DNA from: a virus
Lineage: Duplodnaviria; Caudoviricetes
Length of the DNA stretch: 35,457 nucleotides
Virus record (IMG/VR): IMGVR_UViG_3300025018_000332
Coordinates: 1 to 35,457 of that record
Strand: one strand, 5' to 3'
In this document: one piece after another, positions 26,547 to 34,973 of the stretch
How the letters are laid out: each line of letters starts with the position of its first letter
Numbering within the stretch: the stretch's first letter is position 1
Translations under genes and position numbers: made by a program
The notes under the pieces: generated by a model
Databases searched by the model: none
The model's input: only the letters and a program-made list of their open reading frames with translations
What the model was told of the DNA's origin: nothing

Positions 26547-28780
26547 GTTTTTGCATACCAAAACAACTAGCTAAACAATTAAAAGAAGCTGCTAAACGCG
26601 GTGAGATTCAAATTGCAGAGTTATATGACATGACTAGTGAGCAAAGAAGAGAGTTTTTTAAGCAGTATACTGATCTACCAACAGCTACAGAAATAAACGC
26701 TGGTTTTGAGCGTGCTATGGTTAGCGAACAGAAAAAAGCTTTAGCTAATTGGGCTGAAGAAGTTTTCGTAGGAAAACAAAAAAAGAAAAAAAAAGATATT
26801 GTCGATAAGATCAATAAACTATCAGAACAGGATTTATTAGACTCAGGAGTGAATGGTGCATTTATGGAAGATCTAGTGAGTGAAGCACTAGGAGCTAAAG
26901 TAACTCCAGCAGAAGCCAAAAGAATTGATGAGTTAGCAGAAGTAGTTAGAACAGAAGAGGCAAAGGGATTAAATGAGCTTGGTACTTATAAAATGGAGTA
27001 CTGGGAAGCTAAAAGGAAATTAGATAACTACTTATTATCACTTACCCCGTCATCGCAAGTAAAGATTACTACATCAACAATAAGAAGAGGTTTAATGCTT
27101 ACCTCTATAAAGTCTCCCCTTGTAAATATTACTGGTAATACAATCATAGGGTTTGAGCAACAAGCAGAAAGAAGAGTTAGATCTGGAGTAATTAGAGGAG
27201 TAGTAGATCAAAAACTTTTAAAGGATTACAGAAAATACGCAGTAGATGTCTATAACAAAGCTGGTTTTGATATCACTAGAATGCAAGATATTGGAGAAGG
27301 TAAAAAGACTCTGGGTGAAAAAATTACACATTCACAAGGTGATGGTGTAGTGAGAAAAATGGGTAGAGTAATGGAAGATATAGTATTTACTAAAATGCTA
27401 GGAGCTCCAGACGTCTGGTTTTCAGCGTGGGCAATGGCAGACTCAGCTAATTTACAAGCTACAGCACAGGCCAAAGCAGAAGGATTGTCAGGTAAAGCAT
27501 TAGAACAAAGAGCTACTCAGTTATTCAAAGACGCTATTTCTATTAGTTCAACATCAGACCCAGGAAATAGAATTAGAACACAGGCGATAGCAGATGCAGA
27601 ATTTGCTACATATACAAACAAAGGGAGCCTAGCTACAGCTAGTTTAAAGTCTAGAGAGATGATAAACGCTTTCCAAGAAGACTTGGCTATTGGTGATCAG
27701 TTAATTCCTTTTGCAAAGACTCCAGCTAACGCTATTCAGTTTTCATTTGATAGTGCAGGTGTTTCATTTGCTAGGGGTATATCCAAAATGCCATCAGCTA
27801 TAAGAGAATTTAAAATTGGTAATCCAGCTGGGCTAAGAGATGCTTATGCAGACATGTTTAGGACAGGATTTGGAATTATTGGAGCTATTTTACTGGTAAA
27901 TTTATTTGATCCAGAAGACTTTATTGGAATGTATCCAACATCACAAAAGGAGAAGGAACTATTAAAAATCAAAGGTGCTACTCCTAATTCAATTAAAATC
28001 GGAAATAGATACGTCTCATTAGACTATTTTGGTGGGTTCAGAGGATCGTTAGTAGGAATGATGAACGCTAAAAAATATGGTGGTAACTTTATAGAATCTG
28101 CTTATAATTTCGCAAGGGGTAACGTAGCCCAGTTATCAGACCTACCTGGAATTGAACAAGCAGCAGATACAGCTCAGTTCATTAATGATGTAGCTCCTAT
28201 GGGTAAACTAGACCAAGATGAATTAACAAAAAGATCTATAACTCTAACCTCAGACTATTCACGATCTCTAATAATGCCGTCTCTTATGAGTGATATTGCT
28301 AAAGCATTTGATGAATCAGAGCGTGCTATTGACTGGAATAAACCAGCGGATAGGTGGAAAGCATCTATTCCTGGAATAAGACAAACCCTCCCAGAAAAAC
28401 TAGACGTATTTGGTGAAGTTATTAAGGGTGAACCAGCTTATTCAGTTATTTTATTCGGAGCTAGGGTAAAAACGGCTAGAGATAATAAAATAGTAGACGA
28501 GATAAGAAGATTAGATGAAGTTGGCAATTTGCCATCAATAACAAGACCAGAAGTAACAAGCTCACGAGTTAAAGCATATAAAACACAAGTTAGTGAAGAA
28601 AAATATAACGCTATGTTAGACAACTTCAGAAGTAATTATAAAAAGATTGTTTCTAGAGTCATTGATGATCCTAAATATAAAAAGATGTCAGATGAAGAGA
28701 AAGCAAAAGTATTTAATGACATAAAATCAAAGTCCTTAGATGCTGCTCTTAAAAAGGGTGGTTATAGAAAGCCTAAGTAA
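26537..28780 (+). CDS. large ejection/internal virion protein (LPD38-like C-terminal region)
   Basis: helical; LIPFAKTPAN and LPEKLDVFGE motifs typical of podovirus internal proteins. Confidence 0.65.
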   Translation: MAVSFCIPKQLAKQLKEAAKRGEIQIAELYDMTSEQRREFFKQYTDLPTATEINAGFERAMVSEQKKALANWAEEVFVGKQKKKKKDIVDKINKLSEQDLLDSGVNGAFMEDLVSEALGAKVTPAEAKRIDELAEVVRTEEAKGLNELGTYKMEYWEAKRKLDNYLLSLTPSSQVKITTSTIRRGLMLTSIKSPLVNITGNTIIGFEQQAERRVRSGVIRGVVDQKLLKDYRKYAVDVYNKAGFDITRMQDIGEGKKTLGEKITHSQGDGVVRKMGRVMEDIVFTKMLGAPDVWFSAWAMADSANLQATAQAKAEGLSGKALEQRATQLFKDAISISSTSDPGNRIRTQAIADAEFATYTNKGSLATASLKSREMINAFQEDLAIGDQLIPFAKTPANAIQFSFDSAGVSFARGISKMPSAIREFKIGNPAGLRDAYADMFRTGFGIIGAILLVNLFDPEDFIGMYPTSQKEKELLKIKGATPNSIKIGNRYVSLDYFGGFRGSLVGMMNAKKYGGNFIESAYNFARGNVAQLSDLPGIEQAADTAQFINDVAPMGKLDQDELTKRSITLTSDYSRSLIMPSLMSDIAKAFDESERAIDWNKPADRWKASIPGIRQTLPEKLDVFGEVIKGEPAYSVILFGARVKTARDNKIVDEIRRLDEVGNLPSITRPEVTSSRVKAYKTQVSEEKYNAMLDNFRSNYKKIVSRVIDDPKYKKMSDEEKAKVFNDIKSKSLDAALKKGGYRKPK

Positions 28781-28842
28781 TACATGTTAGTATAAAATAT
28801 ACACAATGTATTTTATTAAATAAAAACAGATGATATTTAGAA

Positions 28843-29055
28843 ATGGAAGCTTGGCTAGATGCTATAATTAGGGTAGGGACAGCCCCCGTAGTAGCAATGT
28901 ACTTACTATACGACTACTCTAAAAAACTGACGGCCATGCAGGCTAATCTTTATCAGTTGGTTAGCGATATTGGCAGAAACAATGAGAATAGTAAAACTCT
29001 ATTTGAAAAAATAGATAAACTAGAAGACCTCATTAGAGACACATGCAAGAAATAA
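28843..29055 (+). CDS. holin-like small membrane protein
   Basis: N-terminal hydrophobic helix plus coiled coil, first gene of the lysis cassette. Confidence 0.55.
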   Translation: MEAWLDAIIRVGTAPVVAMYLLYDYSKKLTAMQANLYQLVSDIGRNNENSKTLFEKIDKLEDLIRDTCKK

Positions 29056-29399
29056 CACAAAGCCTAAGCACAGTATTATCAACAGGAGGATTCTTATACA
29101 ATATGAGTTTAATAATCGTCATCGGAATAATTGCTGGTGTAAAGCTTAATGAGTATTTCTTTGGATTTAAAAGATCAATAGTTATTTTAATTCCTTTTGT
29201 TCTTGTTTTGCTATTTACTAATTTTCTTAGAATATCTGAAATAACTAATGGATCTCCAATAAGTCATAATGCTTATAATGGAAGCATCTCTATTGTTATT
29301 ACTACACTTTGTTATGTCATCGGATTATTTTTAGGGCATGTAACTTTTCAAAAGGCTAGGAAAGATGCTCAGAAAGAACTAAGTGAAATATCCAGTTAG
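29043..29399 (+). CDS. membrane protein with about three TM helices (holin candidate)
   Basis: three hydrophobic segments; adjacent to endolysin. Confidence 0.55.
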   Translation: MQEITQSLSTVLSTGGFLYNMSLIIVIGIIAGVKLNEYFFGFKRSIVILIPFVLVLLFTNFLRISEITNGSPISHNAYNGSISIVITTLCYVIGLFLGHVTFQKARKDAQKELSEISS

Positions 29400-30162
29400 A
29401 AAAGTATTTATCACACAGCATTGGGGAGTAAACCCAGATGTTTATTCAAGGTTCGGATTTCTTGGACACAATGGAATAGACCTGAGAATATTTGATAATA
29501 ATGGAAATAAAGCATCTACAGGAGATTTATTAGCTCCTCATAATGGAATTATTAAAGAAGCTCATTTTGACGGTGATGGCTATGGACACTACTACAAAAT
29601 AGAAAATGATAACGAAGGATCAATATTAGCTCACAATAGTGAGTTATTTTTTAAAGTAGGGGATAAAGTAAAAGAAGGTCAAGTAATAGGCAAAACAGGG
29701 AATACTGGTTGGTCTACTGCTCCACATGTTCATTGGGGTTATTATAGATTCCCTAGAAACAGAAGTAATGGATACGGTGGTACAATTAATCAATTACTTC
29801 TTTTAGAAGGAAAGGACACTATGACCGAACTACAAACTTGCCAAGTAGATAGAAAGAAATTCTGGGATGAAAGAGACTCTCTTCACCGAGCATTAGGAGT
29901 ATCAGACCAAGATAAAGCACTCTCAGAGATTAGTAGACTTCAAAAGAACGCACAAAGAGTTAAAGACTTAGAAACAGAAGAAGATTATTTAAGATCAGAT
30001 AATGGAAAACTGAGAGCTGAAATTAGTCGTCTTGAGGGACTTATTGTTGATAAACCAATTGATAACGGGGTAGAATATACAGAGACAGGTAAGATAAGAA
30101 ATATTTACGATAAAGATGGAAAGATAGTTGAGGTGGTCAGTTATAAAGTGGCCGAAAGGTAA
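29383..30162 (+). CDS. M23 family peptidase endolysin with C-terminal coiled coil
   Basis: HNGID, LAH, GNTGWSTAPHVH motifs. Confidence 0.88.
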   Translation: MKYPVRKVFITQHWGVNPDVYSRFGFLGHNGIDLRIFDNNGNKASTGDLLAPHNGIIKEAHFDGDGYGHYYKIENDNEGSILAHNSELFFKVGDKVKEGQVIGKTGNTGWSTAPHVHWGYYRFPRNRSNGYGGTINQLLLLEGKDTMTELQTCQVDRKKFWDERDSLHRALGVSDQDKALSEISRLQKNAQRVKDLETEEDYLRSDNGKLRAEISRLEGLIVDKPIDNGVEYTETGKIRNIYDKDGKIVEVVSYKVAER

Positions 30163-30295
30163 CCCTGCCAGAATTAATTGCAGTATCTTTAACAATACCA
30201 ATCTTAGCCATAGTTGGAGAACTTCTTAAACCAAAAGAAGAACAACCAATGGGATCTCTAACAGGAACTCTTATAAACAACAAAATAAAACTCAA

Positions 30296-30508
30296 ATGCA
30301 AGAAAAAATAATTCCCTTTTTTACTAGTGAAATAAACAAAGAACAAAGACAAAAGTTTTTCATTAATATAATTAAATTCTCTGCCCCTGCTTTAGCTATC
30401 TTCTTTGCTCAACTCTCCCAAGGAGTAGATGTTAAAATTGCTCTACCAGTAGCCTTATTCACACTCTATGGATTGCTTAGCGACTTTTTTAACAAATTAA
30501 ATAAATGA
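30296..30508 (+). CDS. small two-TM holin-like protein
   Basis: two hydrophobic helices; downstream of endolysin. Confidence 0.55.
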   Translation: MQEKIIPFFTSEINKEQRQKFFINIIKFSAPALAIFFAQLSQGVDVKIALPVALFTLYGLLSDFFNKLNK

Positions 30509-30720
30509 AAAAAGAACTAATCTGGACAGGTCTAAACTCATACGACTTAACAGATTTTAATGATGGCGATGTCATCGAAGTTCAATCAGACACTCAATAT
30601 TATTCTTCACTTCTAAGATTCCTTACGCTACTAAAACGGGCTTACAATGTTGAACTTGAACTATCCACAAATATTAAACAAGTAGCCGAATTAACTGGCT
30701 TTAATAACCTCATAGAATAA
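30505..30720 (+). CDS. hypothetical protein
   Basis: start overlaps the upstream stop; TAATG coupling to the downstream gene. Confidence 0.6.
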   Translation: MKKELIWTGLNSYDLTDFNDGDVIEVQSDTQYYSSLLRFLTLLKRAYNVELELSTNIKQVAELTGFNNLIE

Positions 30721-31010
30721 TGTCAAGACGTGGAAGTTATGAATTCCCAAAATACGTAAAAGAAGAAGCTAAGCGTAAGTGGAGAAGAGATAACCCCGAT
30801 CGTGAAGATGAACCACTTGAAGTACACCATCAAATTCCTGTTAAGATTGCTAAGAAGCTTAAAATACCTCCTTATTTGGTGAGGGTTTCTGATAATGCAA
30901 TAGCAGTAACTAAAGATGAGCATAAAGAAATTCATGAAAACGAATTAACATTAGATGAATATAAGATATTAGCACAAGCACTACTAGGTTGGACTAGAAA
31001 CCTTTTGTGA
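30720..31010 (+). CDS. HNH-like endonuclease
   Basis: LEVHHQIP..DNAIAVTKDEHKEIH. Confidence 0.7.
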   Translation: MSRRGSYEFPKYVKEEAKRKWRRDNPDREDEPLEVHHQIPVKIAKKLKIPPYLVRVSDNAIAVTKDEHKEIHENELTLDEYKILAQALLGWTRNLL

Positions 31011-31022
31011 TAAGATAAACTA

Positions 31023-31048
31023 GAGGAAGTCATGTTCCTCCTTTCTTT
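31023..31048 (+). terminator. stem-loop with pyrimidine tail ending the late operon
   Basis: GAGGAA-GTCATG-TTCCTC-CTTTCTTT; a second hairpin lies at 31055-31077. Confidence 0.5.
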
Positions 31049-31094
31049 ATTCTGCCCTCAGTCCACGTGATTGGGGGAGGTTTAATTTTGCTAC

Positions 31095-31125
31095 TTGCAC
31101 AGGTATTATAAATAGTGTTTAAATT
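31095..31125 (+). promoter_or_regulatory. sigma70-type promoter candidate
   Basis: TTGCAC 31095-31100; TGT-TTAAAT 31116-31124. Confidence 0.5.
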
Positions 31126-31130
31126 AAATT

Positions 31131-31690
31131 GAGTGATGGTGAATTATCCTGATTTTAATGTATGGCTAGGCGTCCCATCACTCTTAGCCGAGCTATACAC
31201 TAAGACCAGGATTTTTTGTACATTAACATATCTAATACTCTGATCAGCTCAGCTAACAATTAAAGAGAATTTTTGTTCATATAATTTTTTAATATTTTAT
31301 AACTGCTGATTATTTATGGCATTCAGGAATAGCCGCCTGTCTTAAACAAGAGTTACTTAAATAGTTAGCATGCTGGCCGCATAACAAAATATGCTGAGCT
31401 GTTTTGAGTATTAGATAAAGTTTGTTTGTTAAGTAGTCTCACCAAAAAAACGGTGATATTACTTAGCTAATAAGCTATCGTCAAGGGGAAACTAAGTGGG
31501 TGTTGAGACGTTAATAGATACACCCCAGCTCATGAAGAACGATTCCTAAGGGTATTGATCATGAGAAGGCGACATGTCCCTTCGCAAAATTGGAGGGAGT
31601 TGCCCCCGATTATTAATAGTAATCGGCTGAAGTAATTTTGCATTGTATCATACCTTTATTAATGGGGGGTAGGGGGGAAACTGCTTTTCT
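31131..31690 (+). ncRNA. candidate large structured RNA / regulatory or origin region
   Basis: no convincing ORF; at least seven inverted repeats, several with G-U pairs on the + strand; G6-TA-G6 tract near the end. Confidence 0.5.
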
Positions 31691-31754
31691 AAACTCAAGC
31701 CATCGGGTATTAATCTTAAAAACAAATAAACTATTAATAACAAAGAGGGGAAAC

Positions 31755-31976
31755 ATGACAACCTGTGAATATCCAACATGTACTAACACAGAAGTAAATG
31801 AATATGGTATGTGTAAAGATCATGAGCCTTCATACATCAAGAGCAGTAAATTTAGACACGGGAAAAATTTCAATATTAAGTACATACAAGACAGATTAAA
31901 AGAGATGTCTAAATTAGCACCTAAAAACGTGAATCAAGACATAACGGCCAAGGATGTACAGGATGCTTTAATATGA
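31755..31976 (+). CDS. small zinc-finger-like protein
   Basis: SD GAGGGG before ATG 31755; CEYPTC..CKDH. Confidence 0.65.
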   Translation: MTTCEYPTCTNTEVNEYGMCKDHEPSYIKSSKFRHGKNFNIKYIQDRLKEMSKLAPKNVNQDITAKDVQDALI

Positions 31977-32461
31977 ATAGAATCTCAGCAGCAGAGTACC
32001 GTAAACAATATATTGATCCTGCATTAGCAGAACAACGAGCAGATGAGAACTTTATGAAGCAGCTTAAAGAAATAGATAAGAAAACAAAGAAAAAAACGAG
32101 TGTTAAATCACTTGGTAGAACAGAGCATGAGATTCAGTCTAATATTTTAGAGCGACTGAGCTTTTTAAAAGAAGGTTTTTTTTGGAGAGAGAATAGCGGC
32201 TCATTTAATTTAGGTACAGAAAATAATAAGAGATTTTTCAGAGCAGGTATTAAAGGCATTGCTGACATCATGGGAGTTTATAAGGGTATGGGAGTAGCAA
32301 TAGAGGTAAAACGTCCTTCTACTAAGAATAATGTATCAGAGCATCAGAAAGCTTTTTTAAGACGATTTAAAGAGTGTGGAGGGATCGCAATTGTTTGTTG
32401 GGATGATGCTGATGTGATAAACTTAATTGATAATGCCTATAAAAAGAAAACACACCTGTAA
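31973..32461 (+). CDS. VRR-NUC domain nuclease (Holliday junction resolvase-like)
   Basis: EHEIQ..RENSG..KGIADI..IEVK..SEHQKAF..GG. Confidence 0.85.
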   Translation: MNRISAAEYRKQYIDPALAEQRADENFMKQLKEIDKKTKKKTSVKSLGRTEHEIQSNILERLSFLKEGFFWRENSGSFNLGTENNKRFFRAGIKGIADIMGVYKGMGVAIEVKRPSTKNNVSEHQKAFLRRFKECGGIAIVCWDDADVINLIDNAYKKKTHL

Positions 32462-32663
32462 AACATGCTTAGGAAGATTTTATGAGTTTGAATTCATGAA
32501 AGACGGCAAATGTTGGATGTGTATTGAGGGCAAAGACGATGAAGTAGTAGAACATAAAACCCCAGTACAAATGATTTCACTCATAGAGCTGAGAAAAGAG
32601 ACAGAGAATTTTGATCCAATAGAATATATTAAAGAGTGTAAAAGAAGCGAAAAAAGAAATTAA
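32442..32663 (+). CDS. small CxxC-CxxC protein
   Basis: CKTC..CWMC; start approximate (track start 32427, in-frame ATG at 32433). Confidence 0.5.
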   Translation, partial: KRKHTCKTCLGRFYEFEFMKDGKCWMCIEGKDDEVVEHKTPVQMISLIELRKETENFDPIEYIKECKRSEKRN

Positions 32664-32677
32664 TATTTAATTAATTT

Positions 32678-32704
32678 GCCACCATTTTAGTATGGTGGTT
32701 TTTT
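32678..32704 (+). terminator. intrinsic terminator
   Basis: GCCACCAT-TTTAGT-ATGGTGGT-TTTTT. Confidence 0.8.
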
Positions 32705-32725
32705 ATTACCTCAAGAAATTGCCCA

Positions 32726-32754
32726 TTGCAATACGTAGGCTCTACTGGTACTAT
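32726..32754 (+). promoter_or_regulatory. strong sigma70-type early promoter
   Basis: TTGCAA-17 nt-TACTAT with extended TG. Confidence 0.75.
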
Positions 32755-32798
32755 GTATACATACCTTTAAGAAAGAGGTAAAACAAAAGAAAGAAAAC

Positions 32799-33383
32799 AT
32801 GACAAAAGAACCAACTGAGATAAAGATAGATCTCAAAAACCCATTAAAAAGTAAAGCAGTTCTTAAAGCACTAGCAGCACTTACATTAATAGGAATCACA
32901 TCAGTAGGTACATATCTCTTTGCAGATAACTACACACTAGATTTTAGATCTCCTGTTATTTTACAAAACCCAGTAGTAATCGAGTCCAGATTAATAGAAA
33001 TTATTAACGAGGCTACACCTAGTCCTCAGTTAAAAGAGGCAACTCCTTCAGCTGTAGTAGAAGAAGTTAGCTTTCAACCATCTGACAGATTAGTAGCCCA
33101 TACAACTCAAAAACCAGGTATTTACGCTAAGATTAAACAGTATTTTGGAGATGAAGCTATTGTAGCTGGAGAATTATTATCAAGAGAATCCAGTTTAAAC
33201 CCTAAGGCAGTTAATCCTTCATCAGGAGCATGTGGACTATTTCAAGCTTTACCATGTGAAAAACTAGGATGTGATTTAGAAGATGTTGACTGTCAAATGG
33301 AATGGGGAAAAGATTATATAACAAGAAGATATGGAGACGCTAAAACAGCTTTAGCATTCCATGATAGAAATGGATGGTATTAA
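32799..33383 (+). CDS. membrane-anchored lytic transglycosylase (SLT/Rpf-like)
   Basis: N-terminal TM helix; RESSLNPKAVNPSSGACGLFQ..QMEWGKDYITRRYG..GWY. Confidence 0.85.
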   Translation: MTKEPTEIKIDLKNPLKSKAVLKALAALTLIGITSVGTYLFADNYTLDFRSPVILQNPVVIESRLIEIINEATPSPQLKEATPSAVVEEVSFQPSDRLVAHTTQKPGIYAKIKQYFGDEAIVAGELLSRESSLNPKAVNPSSGACGLFQALPCEKLGCDLEDVDCQMEWGKDYITRRYGDAKTALAFHDRNGWY

Positions 33384-33463
33384 TGAAAGATTTAATATTA
33401 ATGATAGTAGTGTCTATAGCATTTTCATCTGCATTCACATACTTATTACCAAGCTTAATTTAA
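33383..33463 (+). CDS. 26-aa hydrophobic peptide
   Basis: TAATG-coupled ORF MKDLILMIVVSIAFSSAFTYLLPSLI*. Confidence 0.4.
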   Translation: MKDLILMIVVSIAFSSAFTYLLPSLI

Positions 33464-33477
33464 AAGAAAGGACAAAA

Positions 33478-33663
33478 ATGATAATTGAATATTACAGAAC
33501 AATGTCTTGGGGAAACGAAAGACTATATGTAAAAAACGAAGAACAAGCAAGATACATAATGGCTATAACAGGAATGAAAACAATAGATGAGAGATTAATA
33601 GCATGTTTTAACTACTTAGGAATAACATTTAAAGAAGTAATTGCACCAAGAAAGGGCAAATAA
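33478..33663 (+). CDS. hypothetical protein
   Basis: SD AAGGA before ATG 33478 (track extends it to 33361). Confidence 0.65.
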   Translation: MIIEYYRTMSWGNERLYVKNEEQARYIMAITGMKTIDERLIACFNYLGITFKEVIAPRKGK

Positions 33664-34455
33664 ATGACAAACGCATTAACAAGAAACAAAATGGAATTAT
33701 CTATTCCAGAAGAGCTGCAAAGCTTCTTAAAAGAAAACGCTAGTGTAGGATCAGAAAACTTAGGAGGAGCATCATTGCCACAGCTTAAAATAACTGAATC
33801 AAACTCTAAAAACGAACTTGAAGATGGTCAGTACGCACCAACAGGAGAGTTTTATTACTCACCTGATAAAACTACACACAAAGAACTTACGGTAAGCATT
33901 ATGAGCATTTCAAGAGGATTTTACGCTTTAGATAACTCAAAGGATCCAAAACCAAAGTTTACACAGCTATTAGGGGGAATGATCATAAATACTGGAAAAC
34001 CATTCGTAATGTTTGTCTCAGGGACAAGGCTACAGAAAATGTGGGACTTTGCTAAACAAATCAGACCTTTAACAAAAGGAAAAGCAGCAATCCCAATGTT
34101 TGCATTAAAAGCTAAACTCACACTTGAAAGAATTGATACCGAATATGGAATGAACCACGTTGTTAACTACAGCTTAGTAAAAGAAGATGGGATGATACAG
34201 ATACTAGGAGATATGGATGCTCTACAAATGGTTAGATCTAATGTAGACATGATAGAAGAAATGTTTGCAGGATTTATAGAACAGAAAGAAGTTGATAAAG
34301 AAACTGGTGAACCAATCAGACAAGAAGATAAGTTTATTCACGAGTCAGTATCACAAATAAGTGGAAACGATGTAGAAATGGTCAAAGAAGTATTAGGAGT
34401 AGATGTCGTAGAAGCTAATCAAGATGATGATATAAGTGATGAAATTCCTTTTTAA
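33664..34455 (+). CDS. putative phage single-stranded DNA-binding protein
   Basis: acidic C-terminal tail DDDISDEIPF like the bacterial SSB C-terminus; GSEN..LPQLKI N-terminal motif. Confidence 0.65.
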   Translation: MTNALTRNKMELSIPEELQSFLKENASVGSENLGGASLPQLKITESNSKNELEDGQYAPTGEFYYSPDKTTHKELTVSIMSISRGFYALDNSKDPKPKFTQLLGGMIINTGKPFVMFVSGTRLQKMWDFAKQIRPLTKGKAAIPMFALKAKLTLERIDTEYGMNHVVNYSLVKEDGMIQILGDMDALQMVRSNVDMIEEMFAGFIEQKEVDKETGEPIRQEDKFIHESVSQISGNDVEMVKEVLGVDVVEANQDDDISDEIPF

Positions 34456-34548
34456 TTCTTGAAACTTACACCAAGCCTTATTGGCTTGGGAGATGGGCAG
34501 GATATTCAGATCAGAAGTTCGTGCCTTCTCCTAAACTAATAAACAAAC

Positions 34549-34677
34549 ATGACAATATACGAAAAAATACTTGATCTAGCAATTACATATTTAGGAGCAA
34601 CTATATTTATAATTGGTCTTGAGAATGGGATATCAAATACTTTGTTAACACTTACTGATTTAGGAATTATTAGATAA
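34549..34677 (+). CDS. 42-aa hydrophobic peptide
   Basis: MTIYEKILDLAITYLGATIFIIGL...; fills the gap between neighbouring genes. Confidence 0.4.
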   Translation: MTIYEKILDLAITYLGATIFIIGLENGISNTLLTLTDLGIIR

Positions 34678-34682
34678 ATAAA

Positions 34683-34973
34683 ATGAAAGCATTACCAATA
34701 AAACTAGCCAACACATATAAGGAAGCACATTCTAAATATGGGTGGGATAGCGGTGTAGAAGGATTCACAGTTGAATGGAATATGCTAACAGTAGCAGAGA
34801 TATCAGAAAAAAACGTCGAATTTATAGTTAAGAGAAGAAGAAGTAAATATTTAATTAATCCGACTAGAGCTAAGTCAATAGCTAAGAAATGGGGAAGTGT
34901 TTACACACGTAAAAAGGATAAAAAAGTAATAGTAGTAATACCCAGAAGTGAGTGCGAAAGGATTAAATTATGA
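34683..34973 (+). CDS. hypothetical protein
   Basis: ORF track. Confidence 0.65.
   Translation: MKALPIKLANTYKEAHSKYGWDSGVEGFTVEWNMLTVAEISEKNVEFIVKRRRSKYLINPTRAKSIAKKWGSVYTRKKDKKVIVVIPRSECERIKL

Noticed and set aside
26100-26560. Group I intron joining the 1825-aa and 747-aa ORFs
   Set aside because: The HNH ORF fills the whole interval, leaving no room for a ribozyme core, and both flanking genes have their own stop and start.
31638-31754. N-terminal extension of the 112-aa ORF from TTG 31638
   Set aside because: No SD, it runs through hairpins and the G tract, and ATG 31755 has a clear SD.
3646-34121. Minus-strand ORFs in the six-frame track (e.g. 3646-3975, 5369-5671, 10799-11113, 14345-14698, 26608-26919)
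   Set aside because: They largely overlap well-supported plus-strand genes and show antisense-shadow composition without recognisable motifs.
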